Positions 15,103 through 28,746 of a stretch of DNA of 64,000 nt are shown piece after piece. Position numbers and translations under genes: made by a program. Where the stretch lies: positions 32,501,995 through 32,565,994 of the forward strand of contig NC_068985.1 of NCBI RefSeq assembly GCF_001194135.2. Direction: 5' to 3'. This DNA comes from Octopus bimaculoides (lineage: Eukaryota). Position 1 is the first letter of the stretch; every line of letters begins with the position of its first letter. The notes under the pieces are model-generated. The model saw only the letters and a program-made list of their open reading frames with translations, searched no databases and was not told the origin of the DNA.

Positions 15103-16248
15103 ATCCAAGTTATAGAATGAATGATGTACTATAGTAGATTGTACTAAAACACTTTTACTAACATCTAACAAAATTGGAATACACTGACAGACAAAAAATG
15201 AGTTAGAGATAGACATTCAGGTGGAAACCTCGTAATATATCTTATTAGGATAGATAAATTTTTAAGGTAAATCTATTAAATGAAAAGCAAGGCCATTTTA
15301 AACAGTAGGATAAACTTATTTTAATTACTTTTTTTCTATGAAACTGTAATAGAACAATGAAAAAAGATAGTCTTTTTGTTGATTAGATTGATGGAATATA
15401 TAACCTATTGCTTCACACATTGCTTGTTATTTGGGAATAAATTTACTGTTTAAAAAGAAAAATTAAATAATTCACTGAATATGAGTAATTAGAAGAAACA
15501 TTTGTTGATTATGTGAAAAGATTTAGAAAAACTCCCTGAAGAATTTAAGCAAACTATTAGATATGGCAGTATTCATGTTTATAAAATTTTTCTTAGCAGT
15601 GCTTTGTTTGGACTATTGGGACTATTAGTTCTGGATTTGGTATGCTAATTTGATGACTTCCAACTAATGAAGTAATATGGAAGGTTAATTTTAGTTTGGT
15701 ATTCAAATACTGAGTAGCTACTATCTATGTAAGTCCATAAAACTCAGTGATCTATAATAGTAAATATAAAAAATATCAGTCAGTCATTTTTAATCTTAGG
15801 CTTTTTCTACAATTATTTTGCAAAAGGAGTGTACAAATATACCTGCCTGAAAGAAGAACCCTCCAAATATAGGCATGAAGGAACAACTGAGAAGGAATTT
15901 TAAAAATTTGATATTACTGTTTGTAAAACATCAGGAGCAAGTTCTTGATGAAATTTTAATAGAGCAAAGAATGATTAATTTGGACTTTTTTAAGTTTGTT
16001 TTTTGAAATGGTTGTTCCTGTTGAAACTATTGAATTAATAATGCTCATGAAGTGCATGAGCTCTACAACCCGACCATTACCTTCTAAAATCTCATTACAA
16101 CTGTTCAGTTTATCATGCAAAGCATGGACATTATATAATCATGAACATCACAATCTTTTTCCCTTGAAATGTAGCATTTCACTACTATGCAAGAAACTAT
16201 AATTATTATTGTTGTTAAATCACTAATTTTTTTTTTTTTAATTTGCAG

Positions 16249-16307
16249 ATGCCTGTCACACCTTAACATGTGCAATAATGTTGTTAAACACAGATCTTCA
16301 TGGCCAG
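16249..16307 (+). CDS. PSD: PSD/EFA6 exon, Sec7 ([20 protein letters not shown])
   Basis: tttgcag acceptor, GTAAA donor. Phase-1 start matches the previous exon (G|AT = Asp). Classic MLLNTDLH motif. Confidence 0.96.
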
Positions 16308-16899
16308 GTAAAATTAAATTATATATGGATACTTATATAGAAAGTTTTCAAATTTATGAAGCAAAAATGTTCACAAAGTTAAAAGAATAAGTTTTTACCC
16401 GAGGTATTTCACATACATGTTTCTAGTTGTAACTATATTATTTAAATTTCTTTAATTGTAGATAATATTTACCATGAAAACCCATGTAATTTATGCACTT
16501 TTTTCAGAAAAATAAAAATAAACTTTTGCGGATGCATAAATTACATGAGTAGATTGTTTCCAGAATTTTTTAGAAATTCTTTTTGTTGGAAAAAGACGTA
16601 CAGATCGTAAACATTCATGCCGGAAGTTGACTCATTTAAAAGGCTTAAATATAATGAAGTTGACTTTTATTTAAGCTGGATGGTATAATGCTTACTTTTT
16701 CTGTATAAATTTGTTAAAGCCATTAAATGGTTAACTACTTTTTGAAGTCTGACGTACATGCTGGTAATCACAGTCTGGGCCAAATTTTACATATTTTACT
16801 CGGTTGAGTAAAGTGCCATCCAAGCTGATGTTTATTGGTAATTAAACTTAATTTGCAACACCTGTGCATATTTATCAGCTTTGTTTTTGTTGATAATTC

Positions 16900-17220
16900 T
16901 TATCAACAACTTTTCCTGTGATCATGGTTTGAGAAGACATACAGCAGTATGATAAAGATCGGACATAATCTCTTGTGGGCAAAAAATGTAAAATAAAGTT
17001 TATTATAAACAAGATTATCCACCATCTTTCCAACAACAATAACCTCGGGTACCTTTTTGAATTCCATACGACAAACACTCACAGACATGCTTATAAAATC
17101 AAAAAACAACACAGCACCCATGACTTTCGGAAACATTTTTTCACACTCAGAATTACTGAAGCATGGAATAAACTACCTTCATCAGTTGTTAGCTGTCGAG
17201 ACACTACATCTTTCAAAGAA
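16900..17220 (+). mobile_element. CR1/L2-like LINE 3' end
   Basis: RKHFFTLRITEAWNKLPSSVV, the typical CR1 ORF2 C-terminus. Confidence 0.75.
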
Positions 17221-18817
17221 AGTCACTGGGAGCAAGATTGGGTTCATGCCATTTTGGGTCAAAAACTGCCTCACTCAAGGTGGTGTGCAACTCTATTGTG
17301 GCAACTTTTTTTATTCACAATTCCTTGCTCAAAATTTGTTGGCACGAACTCCAGGACACCCCTGTCATACCACCAAGTCCTCCAAGATTAGTTCATGAAT
17401 TTTCATGATGTTTTCATTCATTTGGGAGGTTGAGAGTTGCCCTGAATGAGGTTGGTCTTCAGGCAACAAGTGGCCATTCTTAAAGTGGGAAAACTACTCA
17501 TAAACTTGGGTTTTGCTCATGGCAGCATCCTTGAAAGCTGTTTGAAGCATAACAACTGTTTCGGTTACTTTTGGGTACCTCCTCATAAAGCATTAGTAGA
17601 AGTACAATTGAACCTCTAAATCAATATGACCTAAAATACACAATCTACTTCTAATCAAAAATTTATAAAAATACTACAGCAACATTACTTTCATAAAAAG
17701 TTCATAATTTCTGTTTTATTTCATATCCAACTCTAGTTTAATATATAGCTTATATACATCATTACTAGTTGTTTTAATATTATATACATGGACACAGGTA
17801 TGTGTATATTATGAAGAAGATTGCTTTGCAGCCATGTGTTTCTAGGTTTGATCCCATGGCACAAACGTAAGACCTTGTGAGTGAAATTTGGTTGTCAGAA
17901 AGTAAAGAATTTTGTGCGTGTGTGTGTGTGTGTGTTTGAACGTTTTGATGTGGGATGGCAGAATCAGGTGCATCAGTTGCAAGTATCTTGTGACACATTC
18001 TCTCTCTTTATTTCCTGTGGGTTTTACCTTTTTAACATTTTCCTCTGGTTAATAAAATAAGTACTGCAGCTCTGGTGCAGCTTTCCAGTGCACCAGCCCA
18101 GTCAAACCATCCAACCCATACCAGCATGGACAATGGACGTTAAATGATGCTAAAATCCTGGAGTTGACAGAATTGACTTTTGAAGCTGGTGCCCTAGCAT
18201 AGGCACAGTCCACCAACCAAAACTGGTAAAAGAATATCTTCTAGACATCAGTCTAATTTCTCAATGAAAGATTTTAGAATGCCACTGCTGTCTAATCTTA
18301 GTTTTCTATCTCAGTACTAAGCCAGATTTTGTCATGAATCTTGTACATAGCACATCTTCATATAAAATTCCATCTTGCTTTAATTTACTTTGGGTGTAGA
18401 TTTGGATGGCTTCAGGACTAACATACTTACATCATCAGATCACTTGTTCCAAAAGACCAGCTGACTGACTGATGAATGTTCATTCACTAGCACACAAACA
18501 CTACAATCACAAGTTCACTGATGTACTGAGTCATCACTCTTCCTTTCATTATTGCTACAAATATATCACTTAAGCTCAACAATACGTTCTTTATTCTTTC
18601 CCCTTCTGCTAAATGTCTCCTATACTCTTTCCTCTAGAACTGAAAACCTTAAACTTTCTTTTTGCTCATATTTTCCTGAAAGGCTTCAGCCTACAAAAAA
18701 AAAAAAGTAAGAAAGAAAGAAAAAAGCATAAATAAAATTACATAAACAAGAGTATGTCAAAGAGAGGGATAGTGAAAAATAAAAACTGTTGAATGCTCTA
18801 ATCGAAATCTATTCTAG

Positions 18818-18951
18818 AATGTTGGCCGGAAGATGAACTGTAATGAGTTCATAGAAAATTTGTGTGAGCTGAATGATGGAGATAACTTTCCAAAAGAAGA
18901 CCTTCGCCAAATCTATGCAGCCATTAAAATGGAACCTATAGAATGGGCTCC
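18818..18951 (+). CDS. PSD: PSD/EFA6 exon, Sec7 C-terminus (NVGRKMNCNEFIENL...FPKEDLRQIYAAIKMEPIEWA)
   Basis: ttctag acceptor, GTAAG donor, phase 0 to phase 2. Matches the Sec7 KM..EFI.NL and L..IY..I...P motifs. Confidence 0.95.
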
Positions 18952-19689
18952 GTAAGTATTTTTCCTTTTTTTTTTGTTGTTTGTTTTAGTTACATATTTT
19001 AAAAAAAATCTTATTTAAATACTGATAATATATAATTATTTTTTATCTATAGTTTGATACTTAAGCTTGACATTACTCCTAAGAACTACATATTCTTAGA
19101 AACTACAAGCTAGGGCTAAATGCAAAAGAAATAATCTAAGAATTGCATAAAATTGAAGGTTCATTAACCCTGCATTGTAAACAATAAGTGTATGCTGCTT
19201 ACACTATATATGGCTGTCCAGTAAACTAGTCATAGGAATTTTGAGTGTGGTCTTATAATTTTGCCTGAACTACAATGCATATTGGGATGTGCTTCCAGAT
19301 AATTAGTGGTTGGAAATCCTCATTCAAAAATTTGTTTTTCTGTATTGGAATGGGTTGAACAGGTCTACTGTTTCTTTTGTTCTTTTGTTGTCCAGAAGAT
19401 AACAATTGCAGGTACATCGAGTGGGTTTGAGCAAGTGTGATGCATGGTTGGCTCTGATTATATTCATATTGGAATCATTATTGCTATCATGTACATATAT
19501 AGGTCTGCTTTAAGACACATTGTCATTTACTGAAATCTTTTGCCATCTCATCCATGAAGCCTATTAATCCAGGAATCTGACCTTGTAATTTCTTTCTTTG
19601 CTTTCATTGATCTTGCTTTGCTCTAAGTATTTCACTCACATTATCAGCCTTCTTTCAGCATGCACTATTCATCCATTTCTTACCCAAGC

Positions 19690-20000
19690 AAACCTCTATC
19701 TGACATACAATAATAGATTCATTTAATGCCCAATTGCTCTGTCAGCTCACTTATGCTCTTCGTTTTATGAAAGTTAACATTACACATTCAATAGACCATG
19801 TCCACCTTATTTCTCTCCAGCCTCTACAGATCATCCACATTCAATAACCTTGTCTCACTGCCATGCAGCATCACACTTTTATACATACTTCATATACTCT
19901 GTCTTATACATGGAAAGAGAAACTCTTTGTAACCAACAAAGATAACTGTGAAATGATCTTCATCCATCACTCTAGTCATGCTTTCACTATCAGCTAAGTA
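19690..20000 (-). mobile_element. RTE LINE remnant
   Basis: Degenerate LLVTK..S....RVYE.C....GSETW-like segment. Confidence 0.55.
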
Positions 20001-20813
20001 ACAGAAACTAGTCCTGTGTGTTCAGCAAGCAGTTCATGGACCCATTTAATGGTGCTCTTACTGTTAACATTTAGCACTGGTTTTATCAGTATACCAGCAG
20101 TACAACTGTATCTTCTATTCGTTGTTTGCAACGGATAGACAAGTATCTGGCTACTCCCTTTCTGTATACTGAGCAAGGCTACTTTTCAGATGGTATGTAA
20201 ACACAGTACATAATTTTTCCATCTCTATCATCATTTATTTGTGCACATGTATGTGTGTTGCAATGTCGACATCATCATTATCATCATACCATCCATCTTT
20301 TTTCTATGCTTATATAGGCTGGATAGATTTGCAATATACCAACGTTACCATACATCTGAAATCTGTGTGATTTGTAAAATCCTCTTTTAGCAGATCTTCA
20401 ATTTCTTTATCTGCTTCTATTATATGTACCTTAAGACAGCTCTCTTGACGTATTGTTTCTAACTACTATATTACATGAGGTGTGACTAAGGTTTTTAAAA
20501 CTGGATGTCTTTCTTACTGTCAATTATAACTTGTACACTCTATGTAAGTATTTCATTATTCTAACTAGGACTTAACAGGACGTCATTTTGAATTTACTGA
20601 AATATTGTTTCATTTATTCAGACTTGATATCTGTCAAATTTGCAGTATGTAAATAATTGATAATTTCTTCCTTTCTTTGTTTTTCTTTTTTTTTTTCAGC
20701 TTCTTTGTGAAATATTTCTCCAAATACTGTTTTTACTATTTACACTGTTCAACTGAAAATTTCTTTGTATTTCACTTCACTGTATTAAATGTTATAAATA
20801 TTTATTTATTTAG

Positions 20814-20916
20814 AGATGATGATCTGCAAGATAATGAAACAACAGTTACGAATGACCGGCGACAAGTGCCATTAAGTGAAACACCATCTCGGCTTGGCCA
20901 CAACCCCTTCTTAGAG
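20814..20916 (+). CDS. PSD: PSD/EFA6 exon, Sec7-PH linker (DDDLQDNETT...GHNPFLE)
   Basis: tttag acceptor, GTAAG donor, phase 2 to phase 0. The NPFL motif precedes the PH domain in EFA6 proteins. Confidence 0.9.
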
Positions 20917-20974
20917 GTAAGCTGTACTTAATATTGGTTTCAAATCTTAGCAGGGCCAGCAATTTTTTTTTGGC

Positions 20975-21143
20975 AGGGGGAGTAAGTCAATTACATCTAC
21001 CCCAGTGCTCAACTGGTACTTATTTTATTGACCCTGAAAGGGTAAGTTGACCTTGGTGGAATTTGAACTCAAAATTTAAGATGGATGAAATGTTGCTAAG
21101 CATTTTACCTATCATGCTAACACTTCTGTCAACTCATCACTTT
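20975..21143 (-). mobile_element. SINE family B
   Basis: Reverse-complement match to 37604-37817. Confidence 0.7.
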
Positions 21144-22059
21144 AAACTGTAATTAATATCAGCATTATATTATTATTAGATGTTATAATTAATGCAATTG
21201 CTTTTACAGATTTTGTATAAGCCAAATGTAATTAGTTTGATTTTATCCCTTTATTCTTTTTAGTTAGTAACTTTATTTTTTTTTAAATTGCACTATTTAG
21301 TTATTCAGTTTTCTGCTTTTGCAACATATAGTTGAGATCTTTTGAGAAATAACATGTTCAAATTTAAGTTTTTTATCTGCTTTCATTTTCTGGTTGAATA
21401 CTTTGTGATTTAAATTATCTTCATTCAATGAGAAAAGGAGACAAAACAGTTAACTTTCTTGTAATGGAGATATATGACAAATAAGTATGAGCACTGTTTA
21501 TGCTGTTGATTCTTTGACATGTTCTGTTTATGCTCACATGTATAGTTAACATTACACATGTACTTTTTTTTGCTTAGAAGGAAAGATAAAACTCAGAGCA
21601 TTTTGGGGGTTTTACCCAAAGAAGTGGAAAACTTAATGCAAATATTTAAAATGGTTAATGCTTGATGATATGTAAACAAAAAGGGAATTTCAGAAGATAA
21701 GTTTTGAGAAGAAAAGAAGGACTAGGAGAAAGTATTGTGTATATGTAGCATCAAGAGGAAGAGAGATACAGTTGACAGGACTTTGTAATGGTGGGTTGGT
21801 TGTCAAACTGACGGTTTTTACTTGAAAGCAATCCAGTATCAGAAAGGCATATTTAAGCCATAGGAAAAGTCAGAAAGTATCTAGGTTTAAAGTATTTCAT
21901 ACCTTGGTAAAAAGAGGTACCATCTCTTTACTGCAGCTTAAGATTCTAAGTGTAAAATATCAAGTTGTTGATGCTACAAATGCAGTCGGTTCCATTTCAC
22001 TGTAAAGGCGAAGAATTTTTTTAATTATGTCTTTTTGTCATTACATCAATGTTTTAATG

Positions 22060-24460
22060 TTTGTTTTTCCATGGGTTGGATCAATTCCCTGTATGATATA
22101 TCGCTATCATCTTGATCTTCCATCATTTTCTGTGATATTCAGTGTCTTGGGAGCTGATAATTTCTCTCCACATCTTCCTTGACTTTCTTCTTCCATAGTT
22201 ACTCCTCAGTTTTTTTCCTCCATAGGAGAGAACTCTTTTTCACTCGGTACAGAGCATCCAATTACATCACATGTTCTTACTAGTAATGATGCTTTTAATG
22301 CCTGATCAATTTTTCAGTTTGTTTTCTGTCATGTTTGCAGGTTAACCTTACATATCTAGCAGTCCATGCTTGACTCATTTCTCTTAAGCTTCTGCAGATT
22401 ACCATATGGTGCTGATATCTCACTACCATACAGATTCACATTTCATAGTCATGCTTTTACACATTTAGAGAAATCACAAGAATCTCAACCTTCTGAAATT
22501 CCTTTCCACCTATGTTTTACTTAGAGATGTTCTGACTAAATATTAGCAATCACTATTCATGTCAAGAAAAGATAGTTGCAGGTCACCTCTTTAAACATGA
22601 GCAGCATGCAACTAAAGTCCTTGTGTTTGCTTCAAATACTAGGCTATGCTATAACCGAAGATCTCTATTAATGAATGCACATCTTTCACAGAGCCACTAC
22701 TGCATTTCAAAGACCAGTCTTTCCTTTCAGAGCCAGAAAATATTTCAGGCACTAATAATTATTAATCTTCTGCAAAGCTCAAGTGAGACTCATAATGGAG
22801 TACAGTCCCCTCAGCTAGAACAGTGTTGCTGCTACACACACACACAGACATCCTAAACTTTCATGCAAAGAAAGTTCCACTCAACTAACAGGCATGCAGT
22901 TACTCAGATATGCTCCAGCCTCTGACTCTCTACTTTTTCTGTTGATATTTCATTTCTGTTCAAGCCACCTGCCATTTCTATTTGCAACTCCCTCATCACT
23001 CATGCTGTCTCTAATATGCCAAGCTCCACACTAATCATTACATTTCATTCATCAGTCTCTGAGATCTTGCAGAGTTAATGTACTCACTCCTGACTAACCA
23101 TAAAAACCTTTGTTACTTAGACTTTTTCATTTCACTCTTCTGTACTCTAGTTACTATGCTTTTGAACCATCTCCAGTATTAATTTGATTGGATAGATAAT
23201 AGAAGTTATCAACTGTATTTAGTGAATCATCTGAATAGGTCATAGGTGCTCTTAGTGCTAACAACTGTGCATCTGTCATATCTGAAATCCTGGTTCTCTG
23301 TCACTATATCAGAAATTACAATGCACATTTTGTGTACCCATTACTTGCTCTGTGAATAAAATCTTTGAATTTTTAGATGCTCTCTTTTGACATCAAGCAA
23401 GAGCACTTCTCAGAAATTTGTGTTCAGCACTTTGATCTTTGACATTTGACCTTTTAGATATTTTAACCAAATTTAGACTATGCTTCCATGTTTAGAAATT
23501 TTTCTGCAACTCTTCAAAAGATTCTACAATGGGAACCATATCATCAACATAAAGTTCTCAAGAATGTTATTGAACAGAAAGAATGTGCTATTAGGAATTT
23601 AGAGTGTGTGGTTTCAAGCTCTGGCACAAACTGCATTTATTAAAGCATTCTAATTGCTTTTGTAGCAGGATACTTCTGCACCAGTCACTAGGACTAGCAT
23701 CTTCCTGCATTGCCTGATTAACTAAGTAAGTGCCTGCGAGAGTAAATACCCTTGAATCACCTATTGCTCTGCTTACTTTAATTTCTTCAATAGCCTTCTG
23801 TTGGTTCTCTTCGTGTCTCCCATTATCCTACTTATAATCTTCATTCACCAAGCACCTATAGAACTTCCTTGACTTTTTGTTTTCACTCTGAGTGCAGGTA
23901 ACCTTGTGTTGTTTTGGACACGATTCTCTGTAATAAAATCTTCTTTCATACAAACACACTACTTCACAATTTTTCAAACCCACTCAACTTTCTTTTGGTG
24001 ACTTGTTTCTTGCGCAGCTACTTTTTTTATATTTTTCCTTGCTGCACACTTTCTTCTATTCTTGTTACTTAGCTCATAAAGTCCAATCTGCTGTACTATT
24101 CTGGTATTTGGTTGAAAACATACTCCATCTGCAGAATTTACCAGTGGTTTGCAGTAGTGTTATATTTCTTCCTCTCTCTCTCTCATAATAAGCACTACCT
24201 AATGCTGCTGAGTGTTTTGTCCAAAGAAGAACCATTTAACTTCCTTGGTTGCTTTCCAACATGCCATCATTGATAATGGTAGGAAGGTTGTTCTTGAAAT
24301 TAGGCCTGGAGGAGGAATGTCATTTCTGTTGGCAGTGGGATTGCCTGATGGCTATCTAGGGTTCTTCACTCTTAATGCCCACCTATACACTGCACAGTAC
24401 AAAGATGACAAGTATCAGTCCTGTTTACACAACTGATGCTTCAACTCTGCAAAGATTTTT
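22060..24460 (-). mobile_element. Heavily decayed LINE, probably RTE
   Basis: Scattered RKTW-like and DLEKAF-like remnants on the - strand, with many stops. Confidence 0.5.
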
Positions 24461-24619
24461 ATAATAAACTAGATGTCCTTTCTATGATAAAGCACCTACA
24501 GAATGGACTCTGCACATTATTTTCTATTAGAGAAGTTGGTGTAATGAGAGCAGTCTGCCATGTTTAAAAACACAATGGAATGATTACCATAACATTTATA
24601 CATACTCTTATTTTCCATT

Positions 24620-25035
24620 TCTTTCTGCCTTCACAATCTGTATTTCTCTACATGCACTCTGTCACTCAGCCCCCCCCCCTCTCTCTCTTCTTCCCCACAT
24701 GTTCAATGAGCCTCACTTTCTACATAATCTTCATTCTCTCTCTCCCTGTATGTTCTTTATCTCTCTTATGCTGTGTCCCTTTCTCACATGCTCTCTATCA
24801 TTCTTTCTCTCCATATGCTCATTGTCTCTCTTCTCTTCTTTCTCCCTTTGCACACACTCTTTCTGTGTCTCTTTACCTGTATGCTCTCTCTCCCTCCTCT
24901 CTCTTCACACATGTTCTCTGTTTTGTTCTACATACCTTATCTCACACACCTTATCTTTTTCTCTTCCCACACTATCTCTCCCTCTCCACATGCTCTCTTT
25001 CTCCCTCCCCCACCTCTCTCTCTCTCACACACACA
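24620..25035. repeat. CT-rich low-complexity tract
   Basis: About 400 bp of ctct/cttt/cacatg(c/t)tct motifs. Confidence 0.85.
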
Positions 25036-25361
25036 TTTGTGTATATGTTATAACTATTCAAATGTGTGGATTCCAATCTAAAATGTTGTTTAAAAATGTG
25101 TAGTTTAATCAGTCCTAGTTTGGATTGATTAAAACAATAAAGTTTTATATGAGTAAGATTGAGGGTGGTGTATAGTTTTCTAACACTTCCATTTCTAATG
25201 GAGGCATGCAAAACTTTTATTGGCTTTTCATTTAAAATTTGTAAATTCATGAAACCTCTTGTGAGAATAAAAAAACTGTAGCAATTATTTTATGCTTCTT
25301 ATTTCTGCTATTTTCCATTCAAGTAACATTTTATTATGTTGTATTTGGAAATTTATTGTAG

Positions 25362-25443
25362 ATACCGGACCCTAATCAAACCACGGAGTACAAGAAAGGA
25401 TATGTAATGCGCAAATGCTGTTTAGATCCAGATGGTCGACGTA
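25362..25443 (+). CDS. PSD: PSD/EFA6 exon, PH domain start (IPDPNQTTEYKKGYVMRKCCLDPDGRR)
   Basis: ttgtag acceptor, GTATG donor, phase 0 to phase 1. YKKGYVMRK is the first PH strand. Confidence 0.94.
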
Positions 25444-25925
25444 GTATGTTTCATACAAATTGTTTTTTTCTTGTACAATATTTTTAATGGCATTTGGCTA
25501 CTTAAAATATTTATTTCTTAAAATACATGGTATGTGATTTATTTATTTAAAAAAAAAAAAACAGAAATTAATCTCTCTTTTATTCATTGATTTCTAGCAC
25601 AGATTTCTTTGATTTGTCACTCATTATTGTGATTCAGTCAGAGTCAGTGATAGAATGTTACTCTTGAATTCTTAATCATTATCTAGAGAGTGATCAGAAC
25701 TTTTGATCATAATTCAAATAACCAGAGAAATAGACTGGCTATTAATCCAATGAATGAAAAGAATATGATTATTAAAAGAATTGATGTTAAAAATTGTTTG
25801 TGGTGATCTATTTGCTACTCTAATGTGCTTGGATAATGATGATGGCAAGTCTTTTAGTGCTTGAAATAAGTTTTATTACTTCATCTTTATTATATTTGTC
25901 ACTTTTTTGTCTCTCTTTCTTTCAG

Positions 25926-26154
25926 CGTCATTTGGTAAGCGAGGTTGGAAGATGTTTTATGCTTCATTAAGAGATATGATCCTTTATCTTCACAAAGATG
26001 AGCATGGGTTCAAGAAAGGTAACTTAATTGAGAACTCTAGTAATGCCATCCGTATTCATCATTCCATTGCCACTCGAGCATCGGATTACACAAAAAAACA
26101 GCATGTATTTCGTTTGCACACATCAGATTGGGCTGAATATCTTTTCCAAACAAG
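25926..26154 (+). CDS. PSD: PSD/EFA6 exon, PH domain (TSFGKRGWKMFYASLRD...KKQHVFRLHTSDWAEYLFQT)
   Basis: Long pyrimidine tract plus ttcag, GTATG donor, phase 1 to phase 2. EFA6 PH motifs GKRGWK.FY and DY.KK.HVFRL. Confidence 0.97.
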
Positions 26155-26461
26155 GTATGATTTTCCCATTTTTGTTTATCTTCCTTTTAATCCAGTAAAC
26201 CATATTCAGTTAGAAAAAATAAAAATTTAATAGAAAAAAAAACTTGGTAATTTTTATTTTTTATTAATTAATGTCAAAATTTATTTTCTGTTTGTTTGAG
26301 AATATTCGGAAAAAACATTTATTACAAATAGTCTGTAGCATCTGTGCTAAATGACACACTGGCAAAAGCCTATTTGGAAGTCATTTAACAAAGATTAAAC
26401 TAAATCAGTTTCTCTACAAATATTTACTTTTCCTATCTTTTTGAATTCTCCATTCTTACAG

Positions 26462-26606
26462 TGACAGTAAAGAGCTCCAAGAGTGGATGGAAACTATTAA
26501 TTACGTTGCAGCTAGTCTATCTGCCCCACCATTACCTGGAGGGATAGGTTCTAAGAAGAAATTTCAGCGACCCCTTATGCCTTCTTCTTATACTAAGAAA
26601 AATCTG
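26462..26606 (+). CDS. PSD: PSD/EFA6 exon, PH end and linker (DSKELQEWMETINYVAASLSAPPLPGGIGSKKKFQRPLMPSS)
   Basis: ttacag acceptor, GTATG donor, phase 2 to phase 0. SAPP and KF.RPL.P motifs are typical of EFA6. Confidence 0.96.
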
Positions 26607-27071
26607 GTATGTACGTTTTTTTAATGACAACAAGCATTTAAACTGTAATCCAATGGGAGAGTTAGTAACTTCTAATTGTACTTTTAAGGTGTTTTAAAAC
26701 ATTTAAGCTTGCTGCTTTAGATGAAAAATATGAAATTACTTTGGACTAATATTTTGTCCAAAATAATGACTTTGTGTGCAATATTTTTCTTCTCCATCAG
26801 TCATGCCAAAGAAGGGAGAATTTAATTTCAAATTAAATATTTTAGTAGTATTAAACTTCCTAATTAACCTCAGAACATGCATCAAAATGTGAAGGAAATG
26901 AAGAAATAAATAAACTTAGTCAAACATTTTGAATAAAGACTTGATCATTTTTAGCTGAGAACTAGTCAACTACCTGTTTTATTTCATGTATGTATGATGC
27001 ATTTTTTCTTATACCCATCTTAAAAGCTAATTTCTGTAATCGAGATTTTATTATTTTTAATTCCTTTTCAG

Positions 27072-27215
27072 AGTGAGCAATTAGCTCATCATCAAGAAAA
27101 AGTAACTCACCTAGAGAAAGAGTTACACGAACACAGGTTGTGTCCACCAGAAAAAGGCGCTAAAGCGCGCATAATCCATGATTATGTTGAAAAAGAGCAA
27201 TTTTTAGAATCTGAG
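27072..27215 (+). CDS. PSD: PSD/EFA6 exon, coiled coil (SEQLAHHQEKVTHLEKELHEHR...EKEQFLESE)
   Basis: ttttcag acceptor, GTAAA donor, 144 nt, phase 0 to phase 0. Heptad pattern with EKE.YL..E-like motif. Confidence 0.94.
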
Positions 27216-27755
27216 GTAAATTATCTTCTGTTACTTTTAAATTAAGCCTGTTACTGATTACAGATAAGTTGACTCTTTTTACTATGTTCCTTTCATTATT
27301 CTTTTGCATCTAACATTTGGGTGTGTTTGATTCAATTTGCATAAGAAATTGGTAGTGCTCTGATTTCAAAGTGTTTAAGGTATAAAACAGGTAAGCATAT
27401 TTTGAATATCAAAATTTTCAAAACCAATCAAACAAAACAACATAGGATATCAAAAATATAGAGAAAAGGTATCTCCATTGTTACTATATAATAACATATC
27501 TGATTGTCTTTATAGATATAAATTGTAAGGTCCAGTGTTTGGTACCCGGGAGTTTCTATTTTATTCAGTAGTCATTATATTGAACAACAAAGCTATAGCT
27601 ATCAAAATAATGTATTTTGTCTAAAAAGTGTACTTTATCAAAACAGAATATATATGCAAATCAAGTTTTCATGCAAAACTTGATCCATTTTTAGGCAATC
27701 TTATTTTAATCTATCCTTTAGTCACTATTGCTCTTTTATCAAACACTTATTTTCA

Positions 27756-28061
27756 TGGCTGTGTGGTAAGTAGCTTGCTTACCAACCACATGGTTCTGGG
27801 TTCAGTCACACTGCGTGGCACCTTGGACAAGTGTCTTCTGCTATAGCTTTGGGCCAACCAAAACCTTGTGAGTGAATTTGGTAGACAGAAACTAAAAGAA
27901 GCCCATCATATATATATATGTGTTTGTCTCCCCCACCATTGCTTGACAATCAATGTTGATGTGTCTACGTCAATGTAGCTTAGCGGTTTGGCAAAAGGGA
28001 CTGATAGAATAAGTACTAGGCTTACAAAGAATAAGATCTGGAGTCGATTTGTTCAACTAAG
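27756..28061 (+). mobile_element. tRNA-derived SINE, family A
   Basis: tggctgtgtggtaagtagcttgcttaccaaccacatggttctgggttcagtc head with A/B-box-like motifs. Confidence 0.88.
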
Positions 28062-28746
28062 TTTTGTAAGGAAAAGATAAGTGACTGATCATTCTCATTG
28101 TATTTACCCATGCACATTTTATTAACCACATTAGGAGTAGAAAGTAAATTTCATACAGATGGGATTTGAATTCTGTTACACTGAAAATTTTATTCTGTTA
28201 ACTCTCACCTAAGTTATAACAAATGGTGGTAGTGGAGATAGTAGAATTGGTAGGGCATTGCACAGATTACCCTGTGGTATTTCGTTACATCTCTTTACAA
28301 CTTGTTCAAATCCAACACAGGCCTACTTTGCTTTTAATCTTCCCAAAGTTTATGAATAATTTCATGTAGTTGTCTATTGTCTTTAAGATAGTGCCACAAT
28401 TTGGCCACATTTTAATGACTGAAACCAATATGAAGATTTCAAACCATAACAATGATTTGGGGAAAATGCTTGAAAAATTCATAATGTATTTTTGAATGAA
28501 TCATTTATGCTACTCCTATTGCTGATTTTTTATATCAGATGTTTTATATGCTTTTATTTTTCTAATTCCATGGATTGAATTGATTCAAAAAGGGATTTTC
28601 AAATGATTTGTTTGCAATAATAAACACTAGTCATGTGAATTTGAATTCTCTAGATTCCAATATATATTCTTTAACATGCATTGTTTTTTTTTTTTATGTT
28701 TTTAATTATTTCTAATCTCTTTGTTTTGCTTATTTTTGCCTTTCAG

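Noticed and set aside
16308-18817. U12-type intron as an explanation for the purine-rich acceptor
   Set aside because: The donor is GTAAAATT, not RTATCCTT, and there is no TCCTTAAC branch site.
24580-25103. Leu/Ser-rich ORFs of 100-157 aa
   Set aside because: Stop-poor CT low-complexity DNA inside a PSD intron, with no homology or splice support.
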